Below the pieces are notes generated by a model. The model was not told where the DNA came from and did not search any database. It saw nothing but the letters and a program-made list of their open reading frames with translations. From contig JBGPQV010000020.1 in assembly GCA_041489255.1 (NCBI GenBank), positions 1-56,996 on the forward strand: a stretch of 56,996 nt of DNA, written 5' to 3'. This document shows, in pieces, positions 39,012 through 49,082 of this stretch; position 1 is the stretch's first letter, and each line of letters opens with the position of its first letter. The DNA comes from Thermoplasmata archaeon. Lineage in GTDB: Archaea; Thermoplasmatota; Thermoplasmata; RBG-16-68-12; JAFNFQ01. A program made the position numbers and the translations under genes.

Positions 39012-39305
39012 TCAAGGTTTCTGAACGCGCTTCAGCGGCTCGTCCACGAGCTTCCTTCCACACGTAACACTGTCTATCGAATGTATGACCGCCCCAGCCG
39101 ACCTGATCGCCTCGGCGACCTTCTCGTAGTCTATCCCGTCGCCCTCCACAGTCACGTGGAGGCTCTCCGTCTCCTGGTCGACTTCTTCGATCGTGCAATT
39201 CACGCCATGCACACCTTCGCAGAGGGCGACCTTCTTCGAGAGTTCCACGATTGACGGACTGTGCGGTTTCAGGACATCGAGCACTATTCGCCGGATCTTG
39301 TTCAC
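39012..39305 (-). CDS. DUF211 family protein
   Basis: IRRIVLDVLKPH.P and GAVIHSID. Confidence 0.9.
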   Translation of the reverse strand: MNKIRRIVLDVLKPHSPSIVELSKKVALCEGVHGVNCTIEEVDQETESLHVTVEGDGIDYEKVAEAIRSAGAVIHSIDSVTCGRKLVDEPLKRVQKP

Positions 39306-39360
39306 TGAATCCCTCTATCGTCTGCTCGAAGGCCCGACCCGATAATAAACGTTGCTGAGT

Positions 39361-40251
39361 TCACGCGGTGGTGAGCTTAGCGCCCTCGTCGGTCACGAGC
39401 ATCGTGTGCTCCGTCTGCGCGACCATGCCGTTGCCGATGTCCACAAGCTGTTTGTACGCGGTGACCAGCCCGGCCCTCTGCAGCTTCTTCAGGATGGCGG
39501 GAGCTTTCTCGTCGAAGCGGTAGCACCACCTCTCCGCGAAAGGCAGGCCCCTGCAGCTCTCTTCGATGAACTTGACCATGCGGTTCACCGATTCGTTCTT
39601 CATGTCGCGAGCCCTGAGGAGCCTGTAAATGTTCGAGGGTTTGCGCCCCTCGACCTTCCCTGCTCCGGCGCTGGAGAAGGGCTCTATCGCCACGACGTCT
39701 CCTTTCGCGAGAACGTCGCTCGTCCTGTCTCCGACGTTCGGGATCGATTTGCCAGCGTGCAGGACGTACCTCTCGATGCTGTGGCCTGTGAGATTCATCA
39801 CCGGCCTGAAGCCGTAAGACTCGATCGTCCTCTCGACAGCCGAGCCGATCATTCGCGTCGGCACGTTCGATCTCACCGTGTCTATCGCCGTCTCGAGCGC
39901 GACCTCCGATGCCTTGATCAACTCAGACCAGCTGTTCGTGGTTATCTCGACCGTCCTTGCGATGTCGGCGATATAGCCGTCGACATGGGCACCCAAATCT
40001 ATCTTCACGACCTGCCCGCGCCTGAGGACAAGAGGGTCGTCGTGCGTCGGAGAGTAGTGCGCGGCCACCTCGTTGATGCAGATGTTGACTGGAAACGCCG
40101 GCTTCGCGCCGAGCTGCCTCACGCGGGCTTCGACGGTCTCGGCTATGTCGAGAAGCCTTGCGCCTTCCTTTGCAAGACCCACGCCGAGCTTCAGCGCGTC
40201 CGCGCCGGCTTTCCCCGCCAGCTGGAGCTTTTCCCACGCCTCCGGGTCCAT
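39361..40251 (-). CDS. map: Type II methionine aminopeptidase
   Basis: PAFPVN, AAHYSP, KIDLGAHVDGYIAD, NLTGH, AIEPF and QTEHT. Start trimmed to MDPEAW at 40251. Confidence 0.96.
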   Translation of the reverse strand: MDPEAWEKLQLAGKAGADALKLGVGLAKEGARLLDIAETVEARVRQLGAKPAFPVNICINEVAAHYSPTHDDPLVLRRGQVVKIDLGAHVDGYIADIARTVEITTNSWSELIKASEVALETAIDTVRSNVPTRMIGSAVERTIESYGFRPVMNLTGHSIERYVLHAGKSIPNVGDRTSDVLAKGDVVAIEPFSSAGAGKVEGRKPSNIYRLLRARDMKNESVNRMVKFIEESCRGLPFAERWCYRFDEKAPAILKKLQRAGLVTAYKQLVDIGNGMVAQTEHTMLVTDEGAKLTTA

Positions 40252-40252
40252 C

Positions 40253-40888
40253 TCACAGAGCCTGCTCCGACAATGCGCCCCGCCTGATAATGCTTGTCTC
40301 CCCGCCGCTGAGATCCACGACCGTGCTCTCCTGACCGTACCTGCACGGGCCAGAGTCGATGTAGATATCGACATCCTTGCCAAGCTGGTCCATAGCTTCG
40401 GCGCAGGTGGTCGGCGGTTGGCGGCCGTGGCGGTTCGCGCTTGTGGCGGTGAGAGGTGAATATGCCTTGAGAAGCTGCACGGCGACAGGGTGGTCTGGGA
40501 CGCGGAGGCCGAGCAGTCGGCTTTTGGAGAGAAGCGATGGCGGGGCCAGAGAGGTCGCACTCAGGAGGACGGTGACCGGCCCAGGCATGTGCTTTTCGCA
40601 GAAATCCCTCGAGCGCTCATCGAATACTCCATAGAACCATAGCGCCTCCGGTGTCGGCACCGCCATGGAGATCGGCATCGATGCGGGCCTTCGCTTGACC
40701 TTGAAGACTCTCTTGACCGCGCCCTCGTCGAACGGGTCCGCGCCGAGGCCATAAACCGTCTCGGTCGGATAGACCACCAGGCCCCCCGATGCGATGACCC
40801 CGAGCACCTCTGCAAGTGCCGCCCTGCCGAGTCTGAAATCCCCGCCAACCTTCCTGCATTTCATGACTTGCATCTGGCGCCTCACCAC
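40253..40888 (-). CDS. tsaC: L-threonylcarbamoyladenylate synthase (single-domain TsaC/YrdC type)
   Basis: YPTETVYGL, KRRP, PGPVT, GLRVP, TSAN and STVVD; no SUA5 C-terminal domain. Confidence 0.92.
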   Translation of the reverse strand: MVRRQMQVMKCRKVGGDFRLGRAALAEVLGVIASGGLVVYPTETVYGLGADPFDEGAVKRVFKVKRRPASMPISMAVPTPEALWFYGVFDERSRDFCEKHMPGPVTVLLSATSLAPPSLLSKSRLLGLRVPDHPVAVQLLKAYSPLTATSANRHGRQPPTTCAEAMDQLGKDVDIYIDSGPCRYGQESTVVDLSGGETSIIRRGALSEQAL

Positions 40889-41547
40889 AGGAAAGACTTC
40901 AGGGCATCCATCCCCATTTTCAGATGCTCCTTCGCATCACCTTCGGAGAAAGGCCCGTGACCCGGATAGATATTCTCGACATCCATGGCATTGAGCTTCT
41001 CCAGCGCCTGGACTAGCTGGGCGTAATCGCCTGTCGAGAGATCCCAGCGACCGACGCTCCCCCCGCAGAATACAACATCCCCTGTGAAAAGCGACTTCGA
41101 CTTCTCGTGATAGAGGCATATCGCGCCCTCGGTGTGGCCGGGGGTGTGCAGGGCCAGAAGATTGCCGTCTCCGATATCGAACCTGGCGCCGTACGCGATG
41201 GTCTTGGCGGGAATCGGCAGGAGTCTCCCGCCGAAAGACGCCGCGCCTGTCGTCATCTGATCGCCATCGATCAAGCACTTCGCCTCCGGCGGCGACGCGA
41301 AAACCTCGGTCGAGAACTTGGACATGAGCTCTGCCGCGCCACCGGTGTGATCGAAGTGACGGTGAGTGAGGATGATTGCGGCGAGCTGACGGCCCTCCAG
41401 AAGCTGGTGCACCATCGACGCAATCCTCCGCCCGTCCGCCCCCAGTCCGCTGTCAATCAAGACGGGTTTTGGAGCATCGATTAAGTAGAGATTGACCTCG
41501 AAACTCAAATCGACTATCTGGTGAACCTTCACGTCCAGACCTACCAA
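40882..41547 (-). CDS. Metallo-beta-lactamase fold hydrolase
   Basis: THRHFDHTGG, HTPGHT, FTGD and PGHG. Confidence 0.93.
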   Translation of the reverse strand: MVGLDVKVHQIVDLSFEVNLYLIDAPKPVLIDSGLGADGRRIASMVHQLLEGRQLAAIILTHRHFDHTGGAAELMSKFSTEVFASPPEAKCLIDGDQMTTGAASFGGRLLPIPAKTIAYGARFDIGDGNLLALHTPGHTEGAICLYHEKSKSLFTGDVVFCGGSVGRWDLSTGDYAQLVQALEKLNAMDVENIYPGHGPFSEGDAKEHLKMGMDALKSFLW

Positions 41548-41581
41548 GAGAGTGATATTAAGGCTTTCAGTGCGGGGGTGC

Positions 41582-42562
41582 TTAGGGAATGAGCGATGTG
41601 GGGAACGGCAGAATCAGGAACCAAGCGAAGATCACGCAAAGAAGAGCGCCCACGTAGCCTCCGATGAGAGCTAGGCCCACGGCTGTCTTTCCTTCTGGGA
41701 AATGCATGATGGCTTCGAATTCCGCCGTGGCAACCCCGAACTGCATCAGCGCTGATGTCAAGACCGCCAGAATGACCGTGTCGTTGAAACCCGTCAACAA
41801 TATCAGTGACGGTCCGAGAACGAACGTGAGGACCGTCCACACGAGAAGAATCGACGGCAGAATCCATCTCTCGGTTGGCAGCAAGGGCCTGCGGTCCACC
41901 CACACGAAGAGAAACAAGAGGAACACCGAAAGCAGAATCCAGAGGGCTGGCCAGAGTATCCATACCATCGGGAAGCCGCCGGTCTGCTCCAAGTCAAGGC
42001 TCATCCTGCAAATTCCCGCGGACGCGAGAATCATCAGGCAGGCGATTGGCATGATCGACATCCAGAGTCCCGAGACTCCAGAGCCGGAGCGGTTTGCCAT
42101 TTCATCCCACGAGAGAGCGAGGATGATGGCGTTCACGGCGATCATGAAGATGAAAATGCTGAGGCAGCCAGATCCTCCAGGGATTCCAATCCGGAATAGG
42201 AACTGGAGAATAATCATGTCCACTATTGGCGTGATGTACAGGAGGGGGTAGACCTTCTCCACGAGATGTATCTGGAGGAGGACCACCACGAACGTGAGGC
42301 CGATGCTGAAGACGGAGAAGAAGCAGAGGGTATCGAACGGTCTCACAAAAGGGTCGTTGATTGTCCCCAGACGTATCTGCCAGTACCAATAGACCTGCCA
42401 CGAAATCACGAACGTCATGACCCACGCGAACACGAGGGCGAACACTCGTCCGCCTCGCGGATCTTCCTTGAACAACGGCACCTGCGAAGCCGCAGTCTCC
42501 ACGGCACGCAGATTGACCCAAGAGATAATAATGTTCCCCGGTCGGACTGCCCTCTGGCTCAC
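41582..42562 (-). CDS. Hypothetical polytopic membrane protein
   Basis: 326 aa with about nine hydrophobic segments; start overlaps the upstream stop (GTGA). Confidence 0.7.
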   Translation of the reverse strand: MSQRAVRPGNIIISWVNLRAVETAASQVPLFKEDPRGGRVFALVFAWVMTFVISWQVYWYWQIRLGTINDPFVRPFDTLCFFSVFSIGLTFVVVLLQIHLVEKVYPLLYITPIVDMIILQFLFRIGIPGGSGCLSIFIFMIAVNAIILALSWDEMANRSGSGVSGLWMSIMPIACLMILASAGICRMSLDLEQTGGFPMVWILWPALWILLSVFLLFLFVWVDRRPLLPTERWILPSILLVWTVLTFVLGPSLILLTGFNDTVILAVLTSALMQFGVATAEFEAIMHFPEGKTAVGLALIGGYVGALLCVIFAWFLILPFPTSLIP

Positions 42563-43233
42563 AACTTGTCCAGGATTCTCTCTGCGACAAGCCTTCTCCG
42601 CTGGCTCAGCTTGCCGCGCCTCTCAGGCCCCGACAGGTATCTCTCGCAGACCGCTGAGGCGTGCCTCATCTCCTCCCTTGCAGCAGCGGAGTCCATGTCG
42701 CCCAAGGCGAGGAGGGTGTAGTGGAACGGGAAGCGCCTCCAGGTCCCGTCGTCTTTCCTGTGGGTCTTGAGCGTCTTCATCCCCCTTGCGACCCATGACT
42801 TGGATTCCTTGCGATCCGCCACTAGCAGATGACGCCAGACGCTGACTGTGCAAGGTCCGCAACAGAATATCCCCGAGGGGAACAAGTGTGGCTTGATTCT
42901 ATTGAGTATCTGTGTCTGCGCCCTGTCGAGTGCCTGCTGGACTTCCTCTTCATCCACATCGAGAAGCAGCAGCGCCCTGCACGCCTCCTCCCCGAGGATG
43001 TGACGCGCGGCAGCGTATTCGTATCTCTCCCCGGTGAAGACCTTGACACCCGTCTCGATGTCCTTCTTCGTCGGGGCGAAAAGACCCCAGTAGGCGCCAG
43101 GCCCGCCTCTCCTGCCAGCTATCCACCGAGCGACCTTCTTCCGTTCGAGGGCGGGCAGCTTCCTCTCGAGAAAGAACGCCTCATTCACTCTATCGACCGT
43201 CTCGGCTAGGCTCCTGGAGTTGAGGATGCTCAA
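42559..43233 (-). CDS. Hypothetical protein with CCGPC motif
   Basis: 224-aa ORF with AGGTGA upstream; motifs FTGE, ILGEEACRAL, CCGPC and GTWRRFPFHYTLLAL. Confidence 0.75.
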   Translation of the reverse strand: MSILNSRSLAETVDRVNEAFFLERKLPALERKKVARWIAGRRGGPGAYWGLFAPTKKDIETGVKVFTGERYEYAAARHILGEEACRALLLLDVDEEEVQQALDRAQTQILNRIKPHLFPSGIFCCGPCTVSVWRHLLVADRKESKSWVARGMKTLKTHRKDDGTWRRFPFHYTLLALGDMDSAAAREEMRHASAVCERYLSGPERRGKLSQRRRLVAERILDKL

Positions 43234-43339
43234 TGTCCGTCACCTGATCCGCGATGCGCGAGCCAGCTGTACAGAGGATATTCACGCCGTGACTCAAAGG
43301 AGAGACGGCATTGGTGCTTGATCGCGTGGGGCTCGGACA

Positions 43340-44281
43340 TCAGTCCCTGACCCCGTCCTCCGACACCGTGAACACCGCCTCCGCCTCTGGCAGGTTCGGC
43401 GAGTCGATCAGTCTTGCTATTCTCTTCCCACCCTTGCTCTTCCTAAGGTACACGCGGAAAGTCGCACTGTGCCCGACCACGTGCCCCCCAACAGGCCTGG
43501 TCGGGTCCCCGAAGAAGGCGTCCGGCTTCGCGTGCACCTGATTGGTCACATAGATGACCGCGTTGTGCACGTCCCCGAACCTCATCAGATCGTGAATGTG
43601 CTTGTTCAGGAGTTGCTGCCTCTCCGCGAGCACCCCGCGACCGATGTACTCGGCCCTGAAGTGCGCGGTGAGCGAGTCGACGATTATGAGCCTGATCGGG
43701 AAGTCCTTGACCAGCTCGTTGGCCTTGTCGACAAGGAGCATCTGGTGATGAGAGTTGAACGCCCTGGCCACGTGAACCCTCTTCAGAATCGCTTCGGTAT
43801 CGAGTCCGAACGCGTCGGACATCTGCTTGATCCTCTCGGGCCTGAATGTCTGCTCAGAGTCAATCCAGACTGTGTCCGCGTCCAGACCGCCCTCATCGAG
43901 GCCGCGGGTAACGTTCACCGCGAGCTGATGAGCTATCTGCGACTTCCCCGCCCCAAATTCACCATAGCACTCGGTTATCGCCTGTGACTCCAGACCGCCG
44001 CCGAGCAGCTCATCCAGGGCTTTCGCGCCCGTCGTCAGCTTCGCCACGGACTTCCGGCGTTCCAGGATGATGTCGCCTGTCTCGAAACCGCCAACGTCGG
44101 CGGCCTCGCGAGCGGCGATGATTATCTTCTGCGCCACGTTCGTCCCGATCTCCGCCACATCGGCGAGCGTGGCGGGCGAGGCGACGGCCACGGCCATGAG
44201 ATCGTTCAGTCCTGCCGCTCTCAGCTTCTCTGCGGTCGCTGGCCCGACTCCGGGCAACTCTTCTATCGTCTTGGCGGGCAT
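43340..44281 (-). CDS. radA: DNA repair and recombination protein RadA
   Basis: N-terminal Hh[10 protein letters not shown] Walker A, IIVDS Walker B, LAERQQ and DSPNLPE. Start is ATG 44281 or GTG 44311. Confidence 0.97.
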   Translation of the reverse strand: MPAKTIEELPGVGPATAEKLRAAGLNDLMAVAVASPATLADVAEIGTNVAQKIIIAAREAADVGGFETGDIILERRKSVAKLTTGAKALDELLGGGLESQAITECYGEFGAGKSQIAHQLAVNVTRGLDEGGLDADTVWIDSEQTFRPERIKQMSDAFGLDTEAILKRVHVARAFNSHHQMLLVDKANELVKDFPIRLIIVDSLTAHFRAEYIGRGVLAERQQLLNKHIHDLMRFGDVHNAVIYVTNQVHAKPDAFFGDPTRPVGGHVVGHSATFRVYLRKSKGGKRIARLIDSPNLPEAEAVFTVSEDGVRD

Positions 44282-44496
44282 CTTTCCACCGCGTTTCTCA
44301 TTGTCGGGCACGTCTTATGAATAGCGGTCGGGGGTATGTGAATGTATGGCTGGCTCTTGGTCTGGCGAGGGGTGACATGGAGGTACTTTCGCCGGGGTCT
44401 GCTCTCATTTAAAAGGCAATACTTTCTCGGCGTGTATAGACGGAGCGGTCAAGAGTCGAGGGGCTTTTTGCCCGACTACAGAAGAAGGGTGAGAAG

Positions 44497-45534
44497 ATGA
44501 CGAAGGATCACTATGGTAGGGTGCGAGTCAAGACGCTGGAACCGATGAGGATCGCCTGCTACAGAGCCGCCAGCGCGACGCCCGAGATGGATTCGATAGG
44601 GTGCATGAGGGAATGGCTGGCGAAGCAGAAGCTCGGGGCAACAAGCGGGGCTCGCACGTTCGGATTCGACGCGGATGTCACACCAGAGCAGCAGAAGAGA
44701 GGGATGAGGGGCTATGAGGTCTGGGTTTCCGTCCCCGAGAGTGTCAGGTCCTCCGGAGGAGTGACTGTCAAGGACTTCGCCGGCGGCCTCTATGCCGTGA
44801 TGAAGATCAATGATCCATTCAAGAATCCCTTCGAGGTGATTCCGGCAGGATGGAACAGGCTCGTCGGATGGGTCAAGACGAGCGACAAGTACGGGTTCGG
44901 CAAGCATCAATGCCTGGAGGAGCATGTCGAGGGAGAAGGCGGGACCTACCTGGACATTCATCTTCCTGTTGTGAAGAAAAAGATGCGGAGAGGGTTTCAG
45001 GCAGCGAAGTCCATTCCCCGCCAAGCGGCTGTCGATATGCTCATACGAGACGCGAGAAGAGACGACACTGCGAACATTTCCGAGCTATCCGTCCTGATCA
45101 GAAAGAAGTCGTATCAGGAGATGGAAGGGTCATTTTATCCACGCGAGGCGTTCGAGGGCGAACTCCTCCTTTATTCTCCAGAGGTTCTTGGGAAGTACAT
45201 CGGGTCGCCCGACAGGTTCGCGAAGGTAGCGGAGGATGGCGGGAGAATGGTCGGCCTGGCAATCGGGAAGCTGGACCGCGACACGGGGGTCGCTGACCTT
45301 GGATGGATAGGAGTCGCACTCGAGAACCGCCATCGTGGCATCGCGAGAGCCTTGATGGACGGAGTGTGCGCCGACGCGAGGAGAGCCGGATGCCACAAGC
45401 TCATTGCGTTCACAATGGCCAGGCTCGACTCCGCCTGCGCGATGTACGAACGCTGCGGCTTCGTGCGAGAGGCTATGATGAAACGGCACTGGATCAAAAT
45501 CGATTTCGTGATGTACAGCAAGTGGCTGGAGTAG
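44497..45534 (+). CDS. GyrI-like effector-binding domain fused to GNAT acetyltransferase
   Basis: FGFD...GYEVWV...FAGGLYAV...CLEEH (GyrI-like), then WIGV...RHRGIARAL...MYERCGF (GNAT). Confidence 0.85.
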   Translation: MTKDHYGRVRVKTLEPMRIACYRAASATPEMDSIGCMREWLAKQKLGATSGARTFGFDADVTPEQQKRGMRGYEVWVSVPESVRSSGGVTVKDFAGGLYAVMKINDPFKNPFEVIPAGWNRLVGWVKTSDKYGFGKHQCLEEHVEGEGGTYLDIHLPVVKKKMRRGFQAAKSIPRQAAVDMLIRDARRDDTANISELSVLIRKKSYQEMEGSFYPREAFEGELLLYSPEVLGKYIGSPDRFAKVAEDGGRMVGLAIGKLDRDTGVADLGWIGVALENRHRGIARALMDGVCADARRAGCHKLIAFTMARLDSACAMYERCGFVREAMMKRHWIKIDFVMYSKWLE

Positions 45535-45536
45535 AC

Positions 45537-46331
45537 TCAAGCGATTTCTTGAGGAGCTCCCGCCAAGACCACCAATGCCTCTTTCTCCGTGAAGTGAAGT
45601 TTGCCTGGTAGGACGATGCAGTGGAGCGGGTCTCCGAAGTCCCTGCCGATCATGTCACTCACCAATCCTGCCCGCGCGAGCGGATTCGCCGAACCGGCCC
45701 TGCCCAGGACGCACACCAGCGAATCCTGCGTGAACGTCCCGAACTTCATGTTGCTCTCCTGCTCGACGAGGTAGCTCATCCCCTCGTTGGCCGTCATATA
45801 CTTCCCGCCCTCCTTGAGGTCGAGGAGGACGAGCGTGTGCAATCCCGCCTGGCGGTTCTGGGAAATCATCTCGTAGGGGCTCGTCGGCTTGAACCACGCC
45901 TCCTGGAAAGGTATCGTGACGGTTCTCCCGAACTTATACGCTTGAAGGCCGAGGAGACCCGCCGCGGCGGTGAGTATCGAGACTCCGTGGATCACCCGGG
46001 TGGTGATTCCCTGCTTGGCGGCTCTGAGGCGCAGGTCGACATGCGTGGTCGCAGTCATCGGGTCTCCCGCCACAAGAAATCCGACTCTCTTCGCCGCCGC
46101 CTCTCGCACGATGATGTCACCGCTCTCTACGTCCTCTCTCTTGAGAACCGCGATGTCCTTCCCGAGCAGTTCCTTGAGTCGGTCGAGCGTCGTCCCCCTC
46201 ATGGCGGAGGTGTAGAACTCCGCGAAGAGAACCTGACACTGCTTCGCCTCCTCGATCGCCCTCAGCGTGAGGTCCTTTTCATCGTAGAGACCGAGGCCTA
46301 TGAAGACGAGTTCGCCCATTTTCGGAAGCAT
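45537..46331 (-). CDS. dph5: Diphthine synthase
   Basis: FIGLGL, EFYTS, GDPMTATTH, YKFGRTVT and GLHTLVLLD. Confidence 0.97.
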   Translation of the reverse strand: MLPKMGELVFIGLGLYDEKDLTLRAIEEAKQCQVLFAEFYTSAMRGTTLDRLKELLGKDIAVLKREDVESGDIIVREAAAKRVGFLVAGDPMTATTHVDLRLRAAKQGITTRVIHGVSILTAAAGLLGLQAYKFGRTVTIPFQEAWFKPTSPYEMISQNRQAGLHTLVLLDLKEGGKYMTANEGMSYLVEQESNMKFGTFTQDSLVCVLGRAGSANPLARAGLVSDMIGRDFGDPLHCIVLPGKLHFTEKEALVVLAGAPQEIA

Positions 46332-46455
46332 AGTGCCGCCCGGGATTAATAAGCTATCAGAGGGCTCTCTGAGGTTCGAGCACGGCCTTCTCGTCGGTGG
46401 GCCAATTTTAAATACTGAACACCTTCTCTATTGACCTTCACAAGGTGGCCCTCTG

Positions 46456-47529
46456 GTGGCGTTCGAAGCTGAGAGTTTCTCGAAGTCAAAGGCCATGGAG
46501 TTGCCGCGCTGCGTGGTGGTAGGCCACGACGCACTCCTCGACCTGGGCGATGTCTGCGCCCGCATCAAGCTCGGGAAGAAGGCGGTGATCGTGGCCGACG
46601 GCACGACGATGAAGGTGGCGGGGGACAAAGCGGCCCAGCTTCTCCATGCGAAGGGCTTCAAGGTCAAGGACTACCTCATCGCAGACGCGAGCATCGACGA
46701 GGTGAGGTCGGCCGAGGCTTTCCTCAAGGATAAGAAGGCGGACTTCGCGCTTGGCATCGGCGGCGGGAGACCGATCGACGTCGCGAAGTGCGCCTCATTC
46801 AACGTCGGCATCCCATTCATCTCCGTCCCCACCGCCGCGAGCCACGACGGAGTCGTCAGCGCGAGAGCCTCGCTCACGGCCAACGGCCAGAGGACGAGCT
46901 TCCAGGGACAGACTCCCATCGCCGTCATAATGGACACCAGGATCATCGCGGAGTCGCCCTTCAGGCTTCTTGCTGCAGGCTGCGGCGACATCATCTCCAA
47001 CCTCGTGGCGGTGAAGGACTGGGCGCTGGCCAGAAATCTGAGGAACGAATATTACTCCTCCTATGCAGCCGCCCTCTCTGAGCTGGCGGCGAAGCTCCTC
47101 ATCGAGAACGCCCACACCATCAAACCCAGGATAGAGGAGAGCGCCTGGTTCGTGTGCAAGGCCCTAGTCTCGAGCGGCGTCGCAATGAGCATAGCAGGTT
47201 CGTCCCGCCCCGCCAGCGGCTCGGAACACAAGTTCAGTCACTCCCTCGACAGGATCGCGAAGAAGCCGGCCCTGCACGGAGAGCAGTGCGGCGTCGGGAC
47301 GATCATGATGATGTACCTCCATGGCGGGAACTGGCAGAGCGTGAGGGATTCGCTCTTGACCATCGGTGCTCCGACCACCGCCAGGGCGCTCGGCGCCACA
47401 GACGAGGAGCTCATTGAGGCCCTCATACACGCGCACGAAATTGCGAAGGAGAGGTACACGATCCTGGGCGACGAGGGCCTGAACTACGAGGCGGCGGAGA
47501 GGCTCGCGAGGATCACCAAGGTCATCTGA
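46456..47529 (+). CDS. egsA: sn-glycerol-1-phosphate dehydrogenase
   Basis: GGGRPIDVAK, PTAASHDG, SSRPASGSEHKFSH and LHGEQCG. Confidence 0.97.
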   Translation: MAFEAESFSKSKAMELPRCVVVGHDALLDLGDVCARIKLGKKAVIVADGTTMKVAGDKAAQLLHAKGFKVKDYLIADASIDEVRSAEAFLKDKKADFALGIGGGRPIDVAKCASFNVGIPFISVPTAASHDGVVSARASLTANGQRTSFQGQTPIAVIMDTRIIAESPFRLLAAGCGDIISNLVAVKDWALARNLRNEYYSSYAAALSELAAKLLIENAHTIKPRIEESAWFVCKALVSSGVAMSIAGSSRPASGSEHKFSHSLDRIAKKPALHGEQCGVGTIMMMYLHGGNWQSVRDSLLTIGAPTTARALGATDEELIEALIHAHEIAKERYTILGDEGLNYEAAERLARITKVI

Positions 47530-47556
47530 GCCGGACCATTACGATTGTTTCTTGCA

Positions 47557-47856
47557 TCACTCGAAAGTCCTCAGCGCCTCCGTTGGAGGCATCCTCGACG
47601 CGCGGATTGCCGGACTTGCGGACGCGAGAACCGCGCCTACGAACGCAATCACGCTCAGGAGAATGAGGGTGCCCCAAGGGATGATGAAGTAGCCTTGGCT
47701 CGCGAAGAAATGCAAGTACAAGTCATAGAAAATCGCAACGCCGAGGATGCCCCCCATGAGTATCCCTGTGAGGGCGATGAAGGACAGCTCGAAGAGATAG
47801 GACCGCATGACCATTGACTTGCGGAAGCATAGAGCGCGCAGAGCGCCAATCTCCGT
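47557..47856 (-). pseudogene. C-terminal remnant of an FtsX/MacB-type ABC permease
   Basis: In-frame EIGALRALCFRKSMV...E...G...G...PAIRASRMPPTEALR. An in-frame TAA lies a few codons upstream and the rest of the gene is absent. Confidence 0.75.
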
Positions 47857-47922
47857 TGAATCGTGCCCCGCATAGATTTATCGTTTTCAACGTCCTCACG
47901 TGAGAACGGGAGGTCGGGGCTT

Positions 47923-48360
47923 TTGCCGTCGGTCACGATGATACAGAAGGAGCAGGCACAAGTCGGTCATGAGTTCGTGTACCTCGGGCCCGGGACCCAG
48001 TGCCAGGACTGCAGGGTCAAGGCGGCCTGCCTCAACCAGAGCCCCCGCAAGCGGTACAAGGTCGTGAAGCTGCGGGACGTCACCCACGATTGTCTCCTCA
48101 ACGGAGACGTTGTCAGGGTCGTTGAGGTCGAGCCGTCGGCACCTCCTGCCAGTCTCGACTTCAGCAGCGCGAGGGAAGGCTCGATCGTGGTCTATCAGTC
48201 GAGCGGCTGCTGGGACCTTTCATGCAGCCATTATTTCCTCTGTCACCCTAGCGGTTTGGAGAGCGGGCAGAAGATCCAAGTTCTTGAAGTCGGGGACAGG
48301 TTGGATTGCGCCCTCGGCCGCGAGCTCGTTGCGGTGAAGGTCGCGTACGCGTCGGACTGA
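47923..48360 (+). CDS. UPF0179 family protein
   Basis: VTMI...GHEFVYLG...CQDC...C...C..H..C.P. TTG start with GGAGG upstream. Confidence 0.88.
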   Translation: MPSVTMIQKEQAQVGHEFVYLGPGTQCQDCRVKAACLNQSPRKRYKVVKLRDVTHDCLLNGDVVRVVEVEPSAPPASLDFSSAREGSIVVYQSSGCWDLSCSHYFLCHPSGLESGQKIQVLEVGDRLDCALGRELVAVKVAYASD

Positions 48361-48566
48361 CTCTTCGGATTGACTGGCGGGGAATGGTTCGGGGGACGGC
48401 ATCAGTTCGCCGAAATGTGCTGATGGATCCGGAATTTCTAGCCGTCCGGGGGCAAGCTTCAAATCGCATCGAGGATTCCATCACCCAGAAGCTGGCGGAG
48501 CACTGGCCGCCAATCGGCACACGAGAATCAAGGGATGACAGCCGAAGCAAGCACGGAAGGTGAATC

Positions 48567-49010
48567 ATGACGGGGAGAGAGAGAATCTTGAGCTTGGTTG
48601 CGATCGCGATGTCCATTGTGGCAATCACCATGTCCTGCGCGGCATACATATCTCCAGGCGCTCAGGGGCCGGTGGGTGCCACTGGCGTCCAGGGGCCACC
48701 CGGACCGGCGCCGAACAGGACTGGTGTCTATGCCATCGCGACGTGCACGAACAACACGCCTCCTGCGCCTATCGAGTACTCCGTCGACGTGTTCATGGTG
48801 AATTTCGGCGATGCCAGGCACTTCGACTACAAGATCAGGTACTTCTACGGCGACGGGACGACGCTCGCGGACGAGATTGACTACGGCGCGTCCATCGCTC
48901 CATGGAGCGTCGACAAGATGACTGTCCACGCGGATGTTCTGACCGACACTGGCTGCGCGTTTCCCCACATCCTGTGGGAAGGATACACGAAGATAGTCCG
49001 CTGGAGCTAG
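48567..49010 (+). CDS. Small exported or membrane-anchored protein with short collagen-like repeat
   Basis: AGGTG SD, N-terminal hydrophobic helix and (GXY)6 at 48657-48710. Confidence 0.75.
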   Translation: MTGRERILSLVAIAMSIVAITMSCAAYISPGAQGPVGATGVQGPPGPAPNRTGVYAIATCTNNTPPAPIEYSVDVFMVNFGDARHFDYKIRYFYGDGTTLADEIDYGASIAPWSVDKMTVHADVLTDTGCAFPHILWEGYTKIVRWS

Positions 49011-49082
49011 CCCTTCAGCACCGCCGCCAACTCCAGACAGAAAAGGCTAAGTCCGCACGGTCATAACCTCGGAGAGATTGCC

